Positions 29,635-39,296 of a stretch of 64,000 nucleotides of DNA are shown here, one piece after another. The stretch lies in NCBI GenBank assembly GCA_050330515.1, contig JBHJNU010000003.1, positions 15,560 through 79,559 of the forward strand, read 5' to 3'. A program made the translations under genes and the position numbers. The stretch's first letter is position 1. Each line of letters starts with the position of its first letter. The stretch is from Flavobacteriaceae bacterium (GTDB lineage: Bacteria; Bacteroidota; Bacteroidia; Flavobacteriales; Flavobacteriaceae). The notes beneath the pieces were generated by a model. That model was not told where the DNA came from. It was given only the letters and a program-made list of their open reading frames with translations, and made no database searches.

Positions 29635-32600
29635 CTAGTCTGAAGAAATTAGCTGTATCTTTTCTGTGGTGACCAAGTTGTTGATCTTGCTGACACTTTC
29701 GTTCATTAGCTTGTTCAGGGAATTTATTTCTGTATCGAGTTCTTTGACGATTTCAGAGAAGAATTCGAGCGACTGGTCGGTAGGAGGGTAATCACCACGC
29801 TGCGAATCGGCAAGCAGAAATGCCAGACGGTTGTTTATACGAATACCATAATTCAATGGATCCTGGCTGCTCTGGTTCTTAGTCATATGAATAGTGTTCT
29901 CGATCACTTCCATTTTTGTTCTGAAATTGGTAATGAGTTCTTTCAATGTTTCATTCCCTTTAGATTTGGTGCTTAAATAGTCCAAATCTTTTTTAACGGT
30001 TCTAATATCGGTTATGGCCTGATTTGCTCTACTGACTTGGTCACGTACTTTCATCAAAAATTCGAACTGGTTCTTGAAATCTAGCTCACTGTTCGGTAAT
30101 CTTGGGTCTTTAACTATGGTGAATTGTTGCTCTTGGCTCGTTCCGTTGTAGGTCAGCCTTACCTTATAATCGCCCGGCACCGCCTTTGGGCCTATATTCG
30201 GCGAGGAATATAGAATCATACCTTCGAAGCTTTTGAAACCTGGGTAGCGCATATTCCAAATGAAACGGTTACCTCCCGTTTTTACATTGAGCTTTTTCGG
30301 AGCACTTTGGTCGGTTTTGTTTTCCTTAGCTGTAGTTGAAAAACGTTGGATCAGGGTTCCATCTATTTCTAAAATATCGAGGTGTACTGAATCAGTTTTT
30401 TCACTTTTGGCTATATAATAGTTTATAATGGCCCCATTGGGGTGGTTTTCTCCCTCTAATTTTAAATCAGCAGCGCCATAACCTGACTGCTGCATTCGAT
30501 ATGCCCTATCTGGTTTATACAAAAAAGCGTCATTATTGACCATGTCGGATCTCAGCTGATGAAGCGGGGTAAGGTCGTCGATGATCCAAAAGCTTCGCCC
30601 GTGTGTTGCGGCAATCAGATCGTTATCACGAACCTCGAGGTCGCGAATGGCGGTAATCGGCAGGTTTAGTTGAAAGGGCGACCAACTTACGCCATCATCG
30701 AAGGAAATGTACATACCCCATTCGGTACCGGCATAGAGTAGGCCTTCTTGAACTTTGTCGGTTCGCACGACCCTGGTATAATGGTTCGATTTGATCCCAT
30801 TGGAAATTAGTTTCCAGGTTTTTCCGTAATCTGAAGTCTTGTATAGGTAAGGCGTATAATCGCCGAACTTATAGGAAGTAGCGGCAACATAAGCCGTACC
30901 TTTCTCAAACGGACTCGGGTCTATGCTGTTGAACATAGTGAGTTTTGGCGAAATGCTTGAAGGGGGCGTAATGTTTTCCCATGTGCTACCGTAGTCCTTG
31001 GTTATATGAATCAAGCCATCATCGGTACCTACCCAAATCACCCCTTCTTCCAAGGGAGATTCATTGATTACAAAAATATTCGAGTAAAATTCAGCTCCGG
31101 TATTATCTTGAGTTATAGGGCCACCAGATGACTTGATGGTTTCTGGAATGGCTCGCGTCAAATCGGGTGAAATGGTCTTCCAACTCTGACCTTCATTGGT
31201 GGTCATATGCAAGAAATTGGAACCAGCGTACAATTTGTTGTCATCGTGAATACTGAATTTAACCGGAAAATTCCAGTTAAAACGATACTTCATTACCTCT
31301 ACCCCAGATCCCGCAGGATTGTCTGGCCAAATATTTACAGAGCGGGTTTGTCCAATGGCATGGTCTTCACGCATCATATACCCTTTAAAGGTGCCACCAT
31401 AGACAACATCATTATTTTTTGGGTCTGGGGCGAGGTGGGCGCTTTCACCGCCGGCCGTTTCTTCCCAATCGTTTTCGCCAATTGAATTGCCCGCAGTTCT
31501 GTGATAGATTCGAACGGTACTATTGTCTTGTTGCGCTCCATATATCCGGTATGGAAAAGTGTTGTCGGTTGTGACGCGATAAAACTGTGCCGTGGGTTGG
31601 TTATGGTATGTAGTCCAATTATTGCCCCCATCATTTGAAATCTGGGCCCCGCCGTCATCAGCTATGATCATACGGTTGTTATTGGCCGGGTCTATCCACA
31701 GATCATGATGGTCACCGTGGGGTGCGTTTTTCAGCGTAAAGGTTTTGCCGCCATCGGTTGAAACCCCATAGCTGACATTCATTACATAAACCTTATCTAC
31801 ATTTTGTGTGTCGGCCGTAATACGGCTGTAATACCAAGCTCTTTGCCGGAGCGCTCGATCTTCGTTCACCTTTTGCCATGTTTTACCTGCATCGTCGGAT
31901 CTATATACACCACCTTCTTCTGCTTCGATAATAGTCCATATTCTATTTGAATCTACAGGCGATATTGCGATACCAACGATACCCCAAAGACCTTTGGGGA
32001 GGCCGGGAAGTGCCGTGATATCAGTCCAGGAATCACCCCCATCGGTACTTTTGAAAAGTTTACTATCTGGCCCACCACTATCCATACGATAACCATTTCT
32101 TTTCATCTGCCAGGTGGCGGCATATAGTATTCTCGCGTTATTGGGATCCATGATTAAGTCGCCGGCCCCTGCCACATCACTTACGTAAAGTACTTTTTCC
32201 CAGGTACTGCCCCCATCTTTTGACCGATAGACCCCGCGGGTCTCGTTCGGTTTCCAAAGATTTCCTATGGCTGCCACGTACACGAGGTTGGGATCATTGG
32301 GGTGTATTCTAATTCGAGAAATATGCTCAGATTGCTCCAACCCTATGAATTTCCAGGTTACCCCGGCGTCCATGCTCTTCCAAATTCCGTTTCCGGAAGA
32401 CACGTTTCCTCTTAGTGTTTGCTCACCTTCGCCTACATAAATGATATTCGGGTCTGATTCTGATACGGCCACAGCACCTATCGATCCTCCAAAAAAGCCA
32501 TCGGAAATACAATTCCATGTGCTTCCGCCATCGGAAGTTTTCCAAACACCGCCTCCGGCGGTACCCATGTAATAGAGATTAGTGTCGTCTACCACCCCCG

Positions 32601-32775
32601 CTACGGTTCCTGCCCTACCACCTCTGAACGGCCCAATTAGCCGCCATTGCATACCGTTGTAAAGCGATTCATCAAAGCTCTTGGTAATCTCCTTCGTTTT
32701 TTTTCTTTGGGCATTGTTTGATTGGAAGGGAAAGATAAAGAGTAGCGCAACTAGGGTTAAATACAAGGTTTTCAT
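29635..32775 (-). CDS. VPS10/sortilin-like BNR (Asp-box) repeat protein, secreted
   Basis: Signal peptide, WRLIGPFRGGR, and many S/T-x-D-x-G-x-T/S-W Asp boxes. Confidence 0.9.
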   Translation of the reverse strand: MKTLYLTLVALLFIFPFQSNNAQRKKTKEITKSFDESLYNGMQWRLIGPFRGGRAGTVAGVVDDTNLYYMGTAGGGVWKTSDGGSTWNCISDGFFGGSIGAVAVSESDPNIIYVGEGEQTLRGNVSSGNGIWKSMDAGVTWKFIGLEQSEHISRIRIHPNDPNLVYVAAIGNLWKPNETRGVYRSKDGGSTWEKVLYVSDVAGAGDLIMDPNNARILYAATWQMKRNGYRMDSGGPDSKLFKSTDGGDSWTDITALPGLPKGLWGIVGIAISPVDSNRIWTIIEAEEGGVYRSDDAGKTWQKVNEDRALRQRAWYYSRITADTQNVDKVYVMNVSYGVSTDGGKTFTLKNAPHGDHHDLWIDPANNNRMIIADDGGAQISNDGGNNWTTYHNQPTAQFYRVTTDNTFPYRIYGAQQDNSTVRIYHRTAGNSIGENDWEETAGGESAHLAPDPKNNDVVYGGTFKGYMMREDHAIGQTRSVNIWPDNPAGSGVEVMKYRFNWNFPVKFSIHDDNKLYAGSNFLHMTTNEGQSWKTISPDLTRAIPETIKSSGGPITQDNTGAEFYSNIFVINESPLEEGVIWVGTDDGLIHITKDYGSTWENITPPSSISPKLTMFNSIDPSPFEKGTAYVAATSYKFGDYTPYLYKTSDYGKTWKLISNGIKSNHYTRVVRTDKVQEGLLYAGTEWGMYISFDDGVSWSPFQLNLPITAIRDLEVRDNDLIAATHGRSFWIIDDLTPLHQLRSDMVNNDAFLYKPDRAYRMQQSGYGAADLKLEGENHPNGAIINYYIAKSEKTDSVHLDILEIDGTLIQRFSTTAKENKTDQSAPKKLNVKTGGNRFIWNMRYPGFKSFEGMILYSSPNIGPKAVPGDYKVRLTYNGTSQEQQFTIVKDPRLPNSELDFKNQFEFLMKVRDQVSRANQAITDIRTVKKDLDYLSTKSKGNETLKELITNFRTKMEVIENTIHMTKNQSSQDPLNYGIRINNRLAFLLADSQRGDYPPTDQSLEFFSEIVKELDTEINSLNKLMNESVSKINNLVTTEKIQLISSD

Positions 32776-32979
32776 GGTTAGGCAGGTATTAAGTGCCAGA
32801 CCGATAGGTTTTACTTGGCACTACAGGTTAAACGTACAGTTAGCTTGGTTTAAAAATAGCGAAATTATTGGGCATTCTAATGTGGAAAAAAACAAATTCA
32901 TGGTTTTTCGCTTGGCTTAGTTACCATGGCTTTTATAGGTCATATATATAAGGTATGGTCGCAAATTAAAAAATTCGAC

Positions 32980-32987
32980 TACTTTTG
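32980..32987 (+). promoter_or_regulatory. -7 promoter element (TACTTTTG) of topA
   Basis: Consensus match 20 nt upstream of the ATG at 33007. Confidence 0.6.
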
Positions 32988-33006
32988 TTCTTGCAAAAAC
33001 CAATCA

Positions 33007-35490
33007 ATGGCCAAGAATTTAGTGATAGTGGAGTCGCCTGCGAAGGCGAAAACGATAGAAAAATTTTTAGGGAAAGACTATAAGGTAGAGTCCAGCTTCG
33101 GGCATATCGCCGATCTTCCGTCCAAAGAATTGGGCGTAGATGTAAATAATGGTTTCAAACCAAAATATATTGTTGACAAGGATAAGGAAGCCCTGGTGAA
33201 AAAGCTCAAAGACCTGGCCAATAAAGCCGACACTATTTGGCTGGCCAGTGATGAAGACCGAGAGGGGGAAGCCATTTCTTGGCATTTGGCCGAAGAATTG
33301 GGGCTGAATAAAAGCAAGACCAAACGTATCGTCTTTAATTCCATTACCAAGAGTGCCATTCAAAAGGCGATCGAAAACCCGCGTGATATTAATTATGATC
33401 TGGTAAACGCCCAACAGGCACGAAGGGTCTTGGACCGTTTGGTAGGGTATGAACTATCGCCGGTACTATGGAAAAAAATAAAACCGGGCCTATCTGCTGG
33501 CCGGGTGCAATCTGTTGCCGTCAGGTTGATCGTTGAGCGTGAACGTGACATCGAGGTATTCATCCCTGAAGCATCGTTCAAGATTTCGGCGCAGTTCAAG
33601 ACAGTAGACGGAAACGTTTTTACCGCCAAGATGAACACTGCCTTTAACTCGAAAAAGGAGGCGGAGGTTTTTCTTAAAAAGAATATCGGGGCTGAATTCA
33701 CGGTAGGAAGTTTGGATAAAAAGCCCGCTAAAAAATCTCCCTCCGCGCCATTTACCACATCTACGCTGCAGCAAGAAGCATCCAGAAAATTGTATTTCTC
33801 GGTAGGTCGAACCATGCAGGTTGCACAACGTTTATATGAGGCTGGGTTGATTACCTATATGAGAACCGATAGTGTGAACCTTTCAGGTGAGGCCATTACT
33901 GCCGCTAAAGATGCCATCATCTCAAATTATGGGAAGGAATATAGCAACATCAGGAACTTCACCGGGAAGTCAAAAGGAGCTCAAGAGGCCCACGAAGCCA
34001 TACGACCGACCGATATGATGTTGCAATCACCATCGCTGGAACGCGACCAGAGCAAACTTTACGAGCTGATATGGAAACGAACCATTGCGTCGCAAATGAG
34101 TGATGCCGAGCTTGAACGTACCAATATCAAGATTGTGACCAAAGCCCATACCGAAGAATTCGTGGCCAATGGGGAGGTCATCAAATTCGATGGTTTTCTG
34201 AAGGTATATATGGAAGGATTGGATGATGAGGATGTAGCCGACGAGCAAGAAGGAATGTTGCCGGCGATGAAAGTGGGCGAAGCCCTCAAGAACAATTACA
34301 TCACGGCCACGGAGCGTTTTTCAAGACCGCCGTATCGTTTCACGGAAGCATCCCTCGTTAAAAAATTAGAGGAACTCGGTATTGGAAGACCTTCAACCTA
34401 TGCACCTACGATTTCTACGATTTTGGCCCGCGGCTATGTTGAGAAAGGAACCATTGAAGGTGCCGAACGAAGCTACGTGCAATTTACCTTAGAGGCCGGG
34501 GCGGTTCGAGAAAAACAGCTTACCGAACTTATAGGTTCAGATAAAGGCAAGATGGTGCCGACCGACATAGGTATGATCGTGACCGATTTTTTGGTGAGTA
34601 ATTTTGCTACGATACTGGATTATAATTTTACCGCTAAGGTCGAGGAAGATTTTGATGATATAGCTGAAGGTAATCAAGATTGGCAGAAAGTGATGAAAGC
34701 CTTCTATAAAGACTTTCACCCCAAGGTCCTTGATGTTGAAGAGAATGCCGATCGTGCCAGTGGTGAACGTATTTTAGGGGAGGATCCCAAGACCGGAAAG
34801 CGGGTCTCCGTACGGTTGGGCAGGTTCGGACCAATGGTACAGATAGGCACCGTTGACGATGAGGAGAAACCTGTTTTTGCAAGTCTCCTGCCCGAACAGT
34901 CGTTAACAACCATTACCTTCGAAGAGGCGATGGATCTTTTCAAACTTCCCAGGAAGTTAGGGGTATATAAAGGAGAAGAAGTACAGGCGAATGTAGGCAG
35001 ATTTGGCCCGTATGTCAAGTTTGGCGAAAAGTTCATTTCTATGGACAAAGACGAAAATGCCATGGAAATAGAGCTTGAAAGAGCCATTGAATTGATTCTT
35101 GCCAAAGAAAAAGCAGAAGCACCGGTGGCTGTCTTTGAAGGTAAGGATGTCGTGAAGGGAACAGGCCGTTTCGGACCTTTCATCAAGTGGGACGGAATGT
35201 TCATCAATGTCAATAAAAATTATGATTTCGATAACCTTACCCAAGCTGACATCACTGAATTGATCGAGAGCAAAAAGCAAAAGGAAATCGATAAGGTGGT
35301 TCAAGATTGGTCAGAGGAAGGTATACGGATCGAGACGGCACGATGGGGCAGACACACGATTTTAAAGGGCAAAATCAAGGTAGAACTGGCCAAAACTGTT
35401 GATGCATCAAAAATTTCTCTTGAACAGGCCAAAGCATTGATTGAGAAGAACGCCCCTATGAAAAAAACGAAAGCTAAGGGCAAGAAGTAG
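33007..35490 (+). CDS. topA: DNA topoisomerase I
   Basis: LVIVESPAKAK, ASDEDREGE, SAGRVQS, GLITYMRTDS (catalytic Tyr) and GRFGP C-terminal repeats. Start reassigned to 33007. Confidence 0.98.
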   Translation: MAKNLVIVESPAKAKTIEKFLGKDYKVESSFGHIADLPSKELGVDVNNGFKPKYIVDKDKEALVKKLKDLANKADTIWLASDEDREGEAISWHLAEELGLNKSKTKRIVFNSITKSAIQKAIENPRDINYDLVNAQQARRVLDRLVGYELSPVLWKKIKPGLSAGRVQSVAVRLIVERERDIEVFIPEASFKISAQFKTVDGNVFTAKMNTAFNSKKEAEVFLKKNIGAEFTVGSLDKKPAKKSPSAPFTTSTLQQEASRKLYFSVGRTMQVAQRLYEAGLITYMRTDSVNLSGEAITAAKDAIISNYGKEYSNIRNFTGKSKGAQEAHEAIRPTDMMLQSPSLERDQSKLYELIWKRTIASQMSDAELERTNIKIVTKAHTEEFVANGEVIKFDGFLKVYMEGLDDEDVADEQEGMLPAMKVGEALKNNYITATERFSRPPYRFTEASLVKKLEELGIGRPSTYAPTISTILARGYVEKGTIEGAERSYVQFTLEAGAVREKQLTELIGSDKGKMVPTDIGMIVTDFLVSNFATILDYNFTAKVEEDFDDIAEGNQDWQKVMKAFYKDFHPKVLDVEENADRASGERILGEDPKTGKRVSVRLGRFGPMVQIGTVDDEEKPVFASLLPEQSLTTITFEEAMDLFKLPRKLGVYKGEEVQANVGRFGPYVKFGEKFISMDKDENAMEIELERAIELILAKEKAEAPVAVFEGKDVVKGTGRFGPFIKWDGMFINVNKNYDFDNLTQADITELIESKKQKEIDKVVQDWSEEGIRIETARWGRHTILKGKIKVELAKTVDASKISLEQAKALIEKNAPMKKTKAKGKK

Positions 35491-35741
35491 TATTGGCATG
35501 CGATGGGTCTGCTGAGGTAGGGGATAATTGTGGTTGTAGTCATGGGTCACCGTTTGTTACCATGTAGCTAGTTGTCAGCAGGGTTTCGTAATCAAAAAGA
35601 GGTAGGCAAAAAACGTTGAAATTCTTATAATCCGTAGCTAAATTGTTTAAGTTCTAGCACACTAAAAATATATATCGCACTAGTTTACGAAATTCAGACG
35701 GCTAGTTGCCTAACCCAAAACCCGAAATCTTTTTACAATAC

Positions 35742-36899
35742 ATGGCATTCGATTTTTTAGTTCCTATAGAAGACAAAGTTCTGGCGCATACCGAGCTACT
35801 TCCCTCGCAATCTTTAGGCAAGAATATATATAAACATACCGTTCGTGACGGGCTTCCGGTAATAGCCCTGGCATCGATCGCCATTGTTGGTGTTAAAGAA
35901 TCAAGAAATGCCTACGTTAAAAAAAAGGAGAAGCTGGATGTTTCTGGCATACGTATACAATTGTACAAATTATTAATGGGCAATTGGAACTCTACCATCG
36001 TCGATATGGGCGATATTGAAGAGGGCGAATCGGTAGAGGACACTTATTTTGTGGTTAAGGAAATTATTGCCGGCCTTTTAGAAGAAGACATTATACCGGT
36101 TATAATCGGTGCGACTCAAGATATAACTTATCCGGCTTATCGTGCGTTTGATGGTGTTAAAGACCTGGTCAATATTGTGTCGGTAGATAGCCGTTTTGAT
36201 TTTGGTATGGATGATGAACTTATTTCATCGAATTCGTACATGAGCAAAATTATAACGGACAAACCCAACAATCTATTCAATTTCTCGAACATCGGTTACC
36301 AAAGTTATTTTAATGCCCAAGAGGAAATAGACCTCATGGAACGTCTTTTCTTTGATGCCTATCGCCTTGGAGACCTTATATACGACATCAAGCTGGCAGA
36401 ACCTGTGATGCGAAGCGCTCATATGGTAACCTTGGATGCCCGCGCTATCAAAGCTAGTGAGATGGGGTATTCTGATAGTTTTTCTCCTAACGGTTTTACG
36501 GGAAGGGAAATATGTGCCATCGCCAGATATGCCGGTATCAGTGACAATGTCCGTGTTTTTGGAATTTACGAAATGGAGAACTCCTCACAGTCCAACCAGT
36601 TAATGGCGCAGATCATTTGGTATTTCATAGAAGGGTCAAATTACAGGGTAAAAGAGTCTCCTTACGAAAACGAAGCTAATTTTACAAAGTATACCGTACC
36701 TACCGAAACAGAGCAGTTAATCTATTATAAGAGTCATTTCACCGATCGCTGGTGGGTTGAGGTGCCATCCATTCTTCCTTCAAATACTAAATTTAGATCA
36801 ACTTCGTTATTACCCTGCACAGAAAAGGACTATCTGGACGCATGTGACCAGAACATTCCCGAAAGGTGGTTTAAAGCTTATAAAAAGGGCTTTAATTGA
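35742..36899 (+). CDS. Arginase/formimidoylglutamase-fold protein with degenerate metal ligands
   Basis: Ureohydrolase-like order of motifs (DMGDI, GATQD, VDSRFD, PNGFTGRE). Probable start 35742. Confidence 0.8.
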   Translation: MAFDFLVPIEDKVLAHTELLPSQSLGKNIYKHTVRDGLPVIALASIAIVGVKESRNAYVKKKEKLDVSGIRIQLYKLLMGNWNSTIVDMGDIEEGESVEDTYFVVKEIIAGLLEEDIIPVIIGATQDITYPAYRAFDGVKDLVNIVSVDSRFDFGMDDELISSNSYMSKIITDKPNNLFNFSNIGYQSYFNAQEEIDLMERLFFDAYRLGDLIYDIKLAEPVMRSAHMVTLDARAIKASEMGYSDSFSPNGFTGREICAIARYAGISDNVRVFGIYEMENSSQSNQLMAQIIWYFIEGSNYRVKESPYENEANFTKYTVPTETEQLIYYKSHFTDRWWVEVPSILPSNTKFRSTSLLPCTEKDYLDACDQNIPERWFKAYKKGFN

Positions 36900-37022
36900 A
36901 CCAGAATATTTTTAAAGTATAATTGCGCATGATACAATAATTTACACAAAACGTAGTTTTAGAGTGTAGAAGAAATAAATCAGTTTGCAGTTTATAACCA
37001 TAATCGAAATTTAACCTAAAGT

Positions 37023-38393
37023 ATGAAGAAGCTATTGTTATCATCTATAGCGTTTGTTTTTTTGCTCACCAGTTGTGGATCTAAAACAAAAGGAGAACTT
37101 ACCGGCGTCCAAGGTAAAAAGTGGTATCCCGAAAAACCTTATGGAATGGAGCTTATTCCTCGCGGTTCGTTCATAATGGGTAAATCTGAAGAAGACCAGG
37201 CCAAAGTTCTTAACGCCCCTACGAAGACAGTGACCGTACGATCCTTCTACATGGACGACACGGAGATTACCAACAGTGAATACCGCCAGTTCGTCGAATG
37301 GGTGAAAGATTCAATTGTTAGAACCAGATTGGCCATGCTTGCCGATGAGCTTGGATTGGGACCAGATGATGGCGGCATTGGCGAATTCGCGTTCAAGGAT
37401 GCCGATACCACAAAGTCTTCCGTTTATGACAAGTACATGTTAGACAACTATTCGGGCATGGGTGAGACCGGTTTCGAAGGCAGAGGGTTGAACAAAGATG
37501 AGGAACTTGTATGGGATACTTCTGATTACCCTGATGAATATTATACAGAGGTTATGGATTCGTTGTACATTCCCGAAGAGGAGTCGTACAATGGTCAGCG
37601 AACCATAGATGTTACCAAATTGAAATACAAATATAGTTGGATGGATATCGAAGCTGCGGCAAGATCTAAAACTGGCAGAAGAAAAGATTTCATCCGTCAA
37701 GAAGAATTAGAGATCTATCCCGATACGACTGTATGGATCCGTGATTTCGAATACTCTTATAACGAGCCGATGCACAATGACTATTTCTGGCATGATGCAT
37801 ATAGCGAATATCCTGTTGTAGGTATTACCTGGAAACAAGCGCAAGCTTTTTGTAATTGGAGGACCAAGTTCAAGAACGACGACCAGAAAAGCAAGGGAAA
37901 ACAGTTTGTGAACAAGTTCAGATTACCTACCGAGGCAGAATGGGAATATGCTGCAAGAGGTGGCATCGAGGGCGGTACCTATCCATGGGGCGGGCCTTAT
38001 GTGATAAGTGATACGGGTTGCTTCATGGCGAACTTTAAACCACAGCGGGGAGATTACGCAGCAGACGCAGCACTCTATACCGTAGAAGCCAAGTCCTACG
38101 AGCCAAACGATTTCAATTTGTACAATATGGCCGGTAACGTTTCTGAATGGACCAACTCAAGCTACGACCCAAGTTCTTATGATTACGTTTCTACCATGAA
38201 CCCTAACGGTGGCGATGGGGCTAATAAGAGAAAGGTAATACGAGGGGGATCTTGGAAAGATGTTGCCTACTTCCTACAAGTTAGTACCAGAGATTATGAG
38301 TATGCCGATTCAGCCCGTAGCTACGTAGGTTTCAGGACCGTTCAAGATTATATGGGCGAGGAAGACTCCCCATCAAGCATCAACGGACTATAA
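37023..38393 (+). CDS. gldK: Gliding motility/T9SS lipoprotein GldK (PorK)
   Basis: Lipobox LTSC, SUMF1 fold (RLPTEAEWEYAARGG, NMAGNVSEW, RGGSW); first gene of KLMN. Confidence 0.95.
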   Translation: MKKLLLSSIAFVFLLTSCGSKTKGELTGVQGKKWYPEKPYGMELIPRGSFIMGKSEEDQAKVLNAPTKTVTVRSFYMDDTEITNSEYRQFVEWVKDSIVRTRLAMLADELGLGPDDGGIGEFAFKDADTTKSSVYDKYMLDNYSGMGETGFEGRGLNKDEELVWDTSDYPDEYYTEVMDSLYIPEEESYNGQRTIDVTKLKYKYSWMDIEAAARSKTGRRKDFIRQEELEIYPDTTVWIRDFEYSYNEPMHNDYFWHDAYSEYPVVGITWKQAQAFCNWRTKFKNDDQKSKGKQFVNKFRLPTEAEWEYAARGGIEGGTYPWGGPYVISDTGCFMANFKPQRGDYAADAALYTVEAKSYEPNDFNLYNMAGNVSEWTNSSYDPSSYDYVSTMNPNGGDGANKRKVIRGGSWKDVAYFLQVSTRDYEYADSARSYVGFRTVQDYMGEEDSPSSINGL

Positions 38394-38585
38394 TATAGTA
38401 GAAGACCGCTATCAAAAGAGACAAGTTATTAGGTATTCCATTTAGTCGATGTGCTACCTAAATTTTATAAAAGCGTAAACACAAAAAGTACCAAATACAA
38501 AATCCAAATACATCCGATTAGCGTCGGAACAAACGTTAACCAAATACTTATTATTAACATTAAATCTTAAATTAAAACTTTTATT

Positions 38586-39236
38586 ATGGCACAGTCAAAA
38601 TCAACAAAGAAACTTTTTAACATGGCCTACGGCCTTGGAGCATCGGTAGTAATTATAGGTGCGTTATTTAAAATCCTTCACTGGGAGTTTGGCCCACTTA
38701 ATGGTGGTATTCTTCTTGCAATAGGTCTTATTACAGAGGCACTTATTTTCGCGATCAGTGCGTTCGAACCCGTAGATGACGAATACGATTGGTCATTGGT
38801 ATACCCAGAATTGGCCGGCGGTGCATCTCAATTGAGAAGCAATGAGGCTGCCGAGATCAAAGAAGCCGAAGCTTCGTTATCGGCTAAATTGGACAACCTT
38901 TTGAAAGAGGCCGGTGTTGATGCTAGCTTGATGGAAAGTCTAGGTACCAGTATCAGAAACTTCGAAGGTGCTGCCAAAGGTATCGCCCCTACAGTCGATG
39001 CAATGCAATCTACCAAGAAATACTCTGATGAAATGGTACATGCCGCGGCTCAAATGGAATCGTTGAACAGTCTTTATAAAGTACAGTTGGAAAGTGCTAG
39101 CAAGCAGGCTTCCGTTAACGCAGAAGTCGTTCAGAACGCAAGCGCCTTAAAAGATCAAATGGCTTCAATGGCTACTAACCTATCTTCATTGAACGGAGTC
39201 TACGGTGGTATGTTATCTGCAATGTCAAGAAACTAA
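38586..39236 (+). CDS. gldL: Gliding motility/T9SS motor protein GldL (PorL)
   Basis: YGLGASVVIIGALFKILH, TEALIF and WSLVYPEL. Confidence 0.97.
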   Translation: MAQSKSTKKLFNMAYGLGASVVIIGALFKILHWEFGPLNGGILLAIGLITEALIFAISAFEPVDDEYDWSLVYPELAGGASQLRSNEAAEIKEAEASLSAKLDNLLKEAGVDASLMESLGTSIRNFEGAAKGIAPTVDAMQSTKKYSDEMVHAAAQMESLNSLYKVQLESASKQASVNAEVVQNASALKDQMASMATNLSSLNGVYGGMLSAMSRN

Positions 39237-39296
39237 TTTAGAACTTTAGTTAAATAAACCCCAAATCAATTATTAATTAAAATCTAAATAGAAAAC

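Noticed and set aside
32780-32800. Sigma-54 promoter for the VPS10 gene (TGGCACTTAATACCTGC on the minus strand)
   Set aside because: GG-to-GC spacing is 2 nt too long.
38491-38547. Three CCAAATAC copies between gldK and gldL
   Set aside because: Irregular spacing (13 and 36 nt) in an A/C-rich leader; not distinguishable from composition bias.
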